Origin: an uncultured Bacilli bacterium
Lineage (GTDB): Bacteria > Bacillota_I > Bacilli_A > RF39 > UBA660
DNA length: 64,000 nt
Reading direction: 5' to 3'
Assembly (NCBI GenBank): GCA_944363715.1
Contig: CALVUX010000007.1
Coordinates: 1,636 to 65,635 of the forward strand
In this document: in pieces, positions 63,223-64,000 of the stretch
Layout: every line of letters starts with the position of its first letter
Position numbering within the stretch: position 1 is the stretch's first letter
Translations under genes and position numbers: made by a program
The notes under the pieces: model-generated
What the model saw: the letters and a program-made list of their open reading frames with translations, nothing else
The model's database searches: none
Told to the model about the DNA's origin: nothing

Positions 63223-63999
63223 TAATTTGCTTAATAAACTTTCTAAAAGTTCTTTACTTTCTATTTTAGTTATTGCAAAACACTTCTTACCTAAATCTTT
63301 AAAACTTGCTCCAGAGTGATATAGAGTTTACTTATCTAAAATGATAAATCTATCATGAAAAGAGTTATTAACTACCAAAGTAACATTATTATACTGTTCT
63401 TTATATTTTCCATAATCTATATTGTTATATTTATTAGTAACAAGAATTACTTTTTTATTAGTATTAGATAATATATCTAGTATATTCTTATCTATATAAT
63501 TATCTATTATAATGATACTTTCTTTAGCTTTATCAAATATCTTTAGCATTAAAGAATAAGCATCATAAATTTGTCCCTCAAAGAATATATGATTATTTTT
63601 ATCTTTAAAGTTGTCAAAGATATTCTCTAATAAAGAAAGTCTATTCTCATGATTAATTAACATCTTACTGTATTCCATTAAATCATTTGAAATATACTTT
63701 CTCATGGTCACAAAAGCATCCATTATCCTTATACTTACTTCTTCTGCAACAGGCGTCCTAAGCACAGTTGCAAGCATTGCCACTCCTTGCTCTGTAAATA
63801 CATAGGGCAAATATTTAATATTATGTCCTCTACCTTTCAAGGTTTCAAATTGAAACCTTGAAATATTCTTAACTTCTTCATCAGTTAACTGAAACATAAA
63901 CCTTTCTGGAAATCTATTAATATGTCGTTTAACTGCTAAATTAATAGTCTTAGTTCCATTAGCACATTTATAAAGTTTAGCCAAATCACTATCAAGCAT
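63223..63999 (-). pseudogene. ORF6N domain protein, 5' partial at the window edge, with an in-frame TAA 35 codons before the natural end
   Basis: ORF6N N-terminal motifs are present (INLAVKRHINRFPERFMFQLT, YVFTEQGVAMLATVL). After HDRFIILDK-TAA (63328-30) the same frame continues TLYHSGASFKDLGKKCFAITKIE...SKL to TAG at 63220-22. Confidence 0.6.
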
Positions 64000-64000
64000 A

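Noticed and set aside
63328-63330. The in-frame TAA in the ORF6N gene as evidence for stop-codon reassignment or programmed read-through.
   Set aside because: TAA is the normal stop of many well-defined genes in this window (pheS, pheT and others), all long housekeeping ORFs are intact under code 11, and no read-through context is evident. A nonsense mutation is the simplest explanation.

Overview
This is a chromosomal window from a very AT-rich (by eye roughly 25-30% GC), spore-forming Bacillota (Clostridia/Erysipelotrichia-like) that uses the standard bacterial code. Most of it is housekeeping. That includes T-box-controlled pheS-pheT and thrS operons, def, a SEDS (FtsW/RodA/SpoVE) protein, comEA-comEC and pilC-pilD. 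It also includes the rimP-nusA-ylxR-infB-rbfA-truB-rpsO-pnp block (interrupted several times), dnaI, spoVID/ysxE-like genes, lon, two type IV pilins, a GHL10 hydrolase, a CBS-pyrophosphatase, a CDF transporter, cotJ, a MacB-type ABC pair and NfeD-SPFH. Genes left of about 19 kb are mostly on the + strand and genes right of about 21 kb are mostly on the - strand. Accessory content is as follows: (1) an AAA-ATPase plus RloB/Toprim-like candidate defence pair at the left edge; (2) two diverged IS200/IS605-family TnpB-only elements in inverted orientation, whose 3' omegaRNA/right-end cores are 121/122 identical although the proteins are only about 84% identical; (3) a degenerate IS3-family element; (4) an ORF6N pseudogene. 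The most unusual signals are these: (a) a promoter-driven leader with two tandem H-type pseudoknot units plus an antiterminator/terminator arrangement upstream of an SDR gene (candidate tandem riboswitch); (b) a G10 tract inside a 19-codon leader ORF in front of a terminator and a 608-aa secreted protein (candidate phase-variable attenuation); (c) a 736-aa protein built from about 7 sigma-r4/LuxR-like HTH modules, inserted antisense between rbfA and infB; (d) a VanY(M15)-TruB fusion; (e) tandem HipA-like kinase paralogs. I saw no rRNA, tRNA or CRISPR array.
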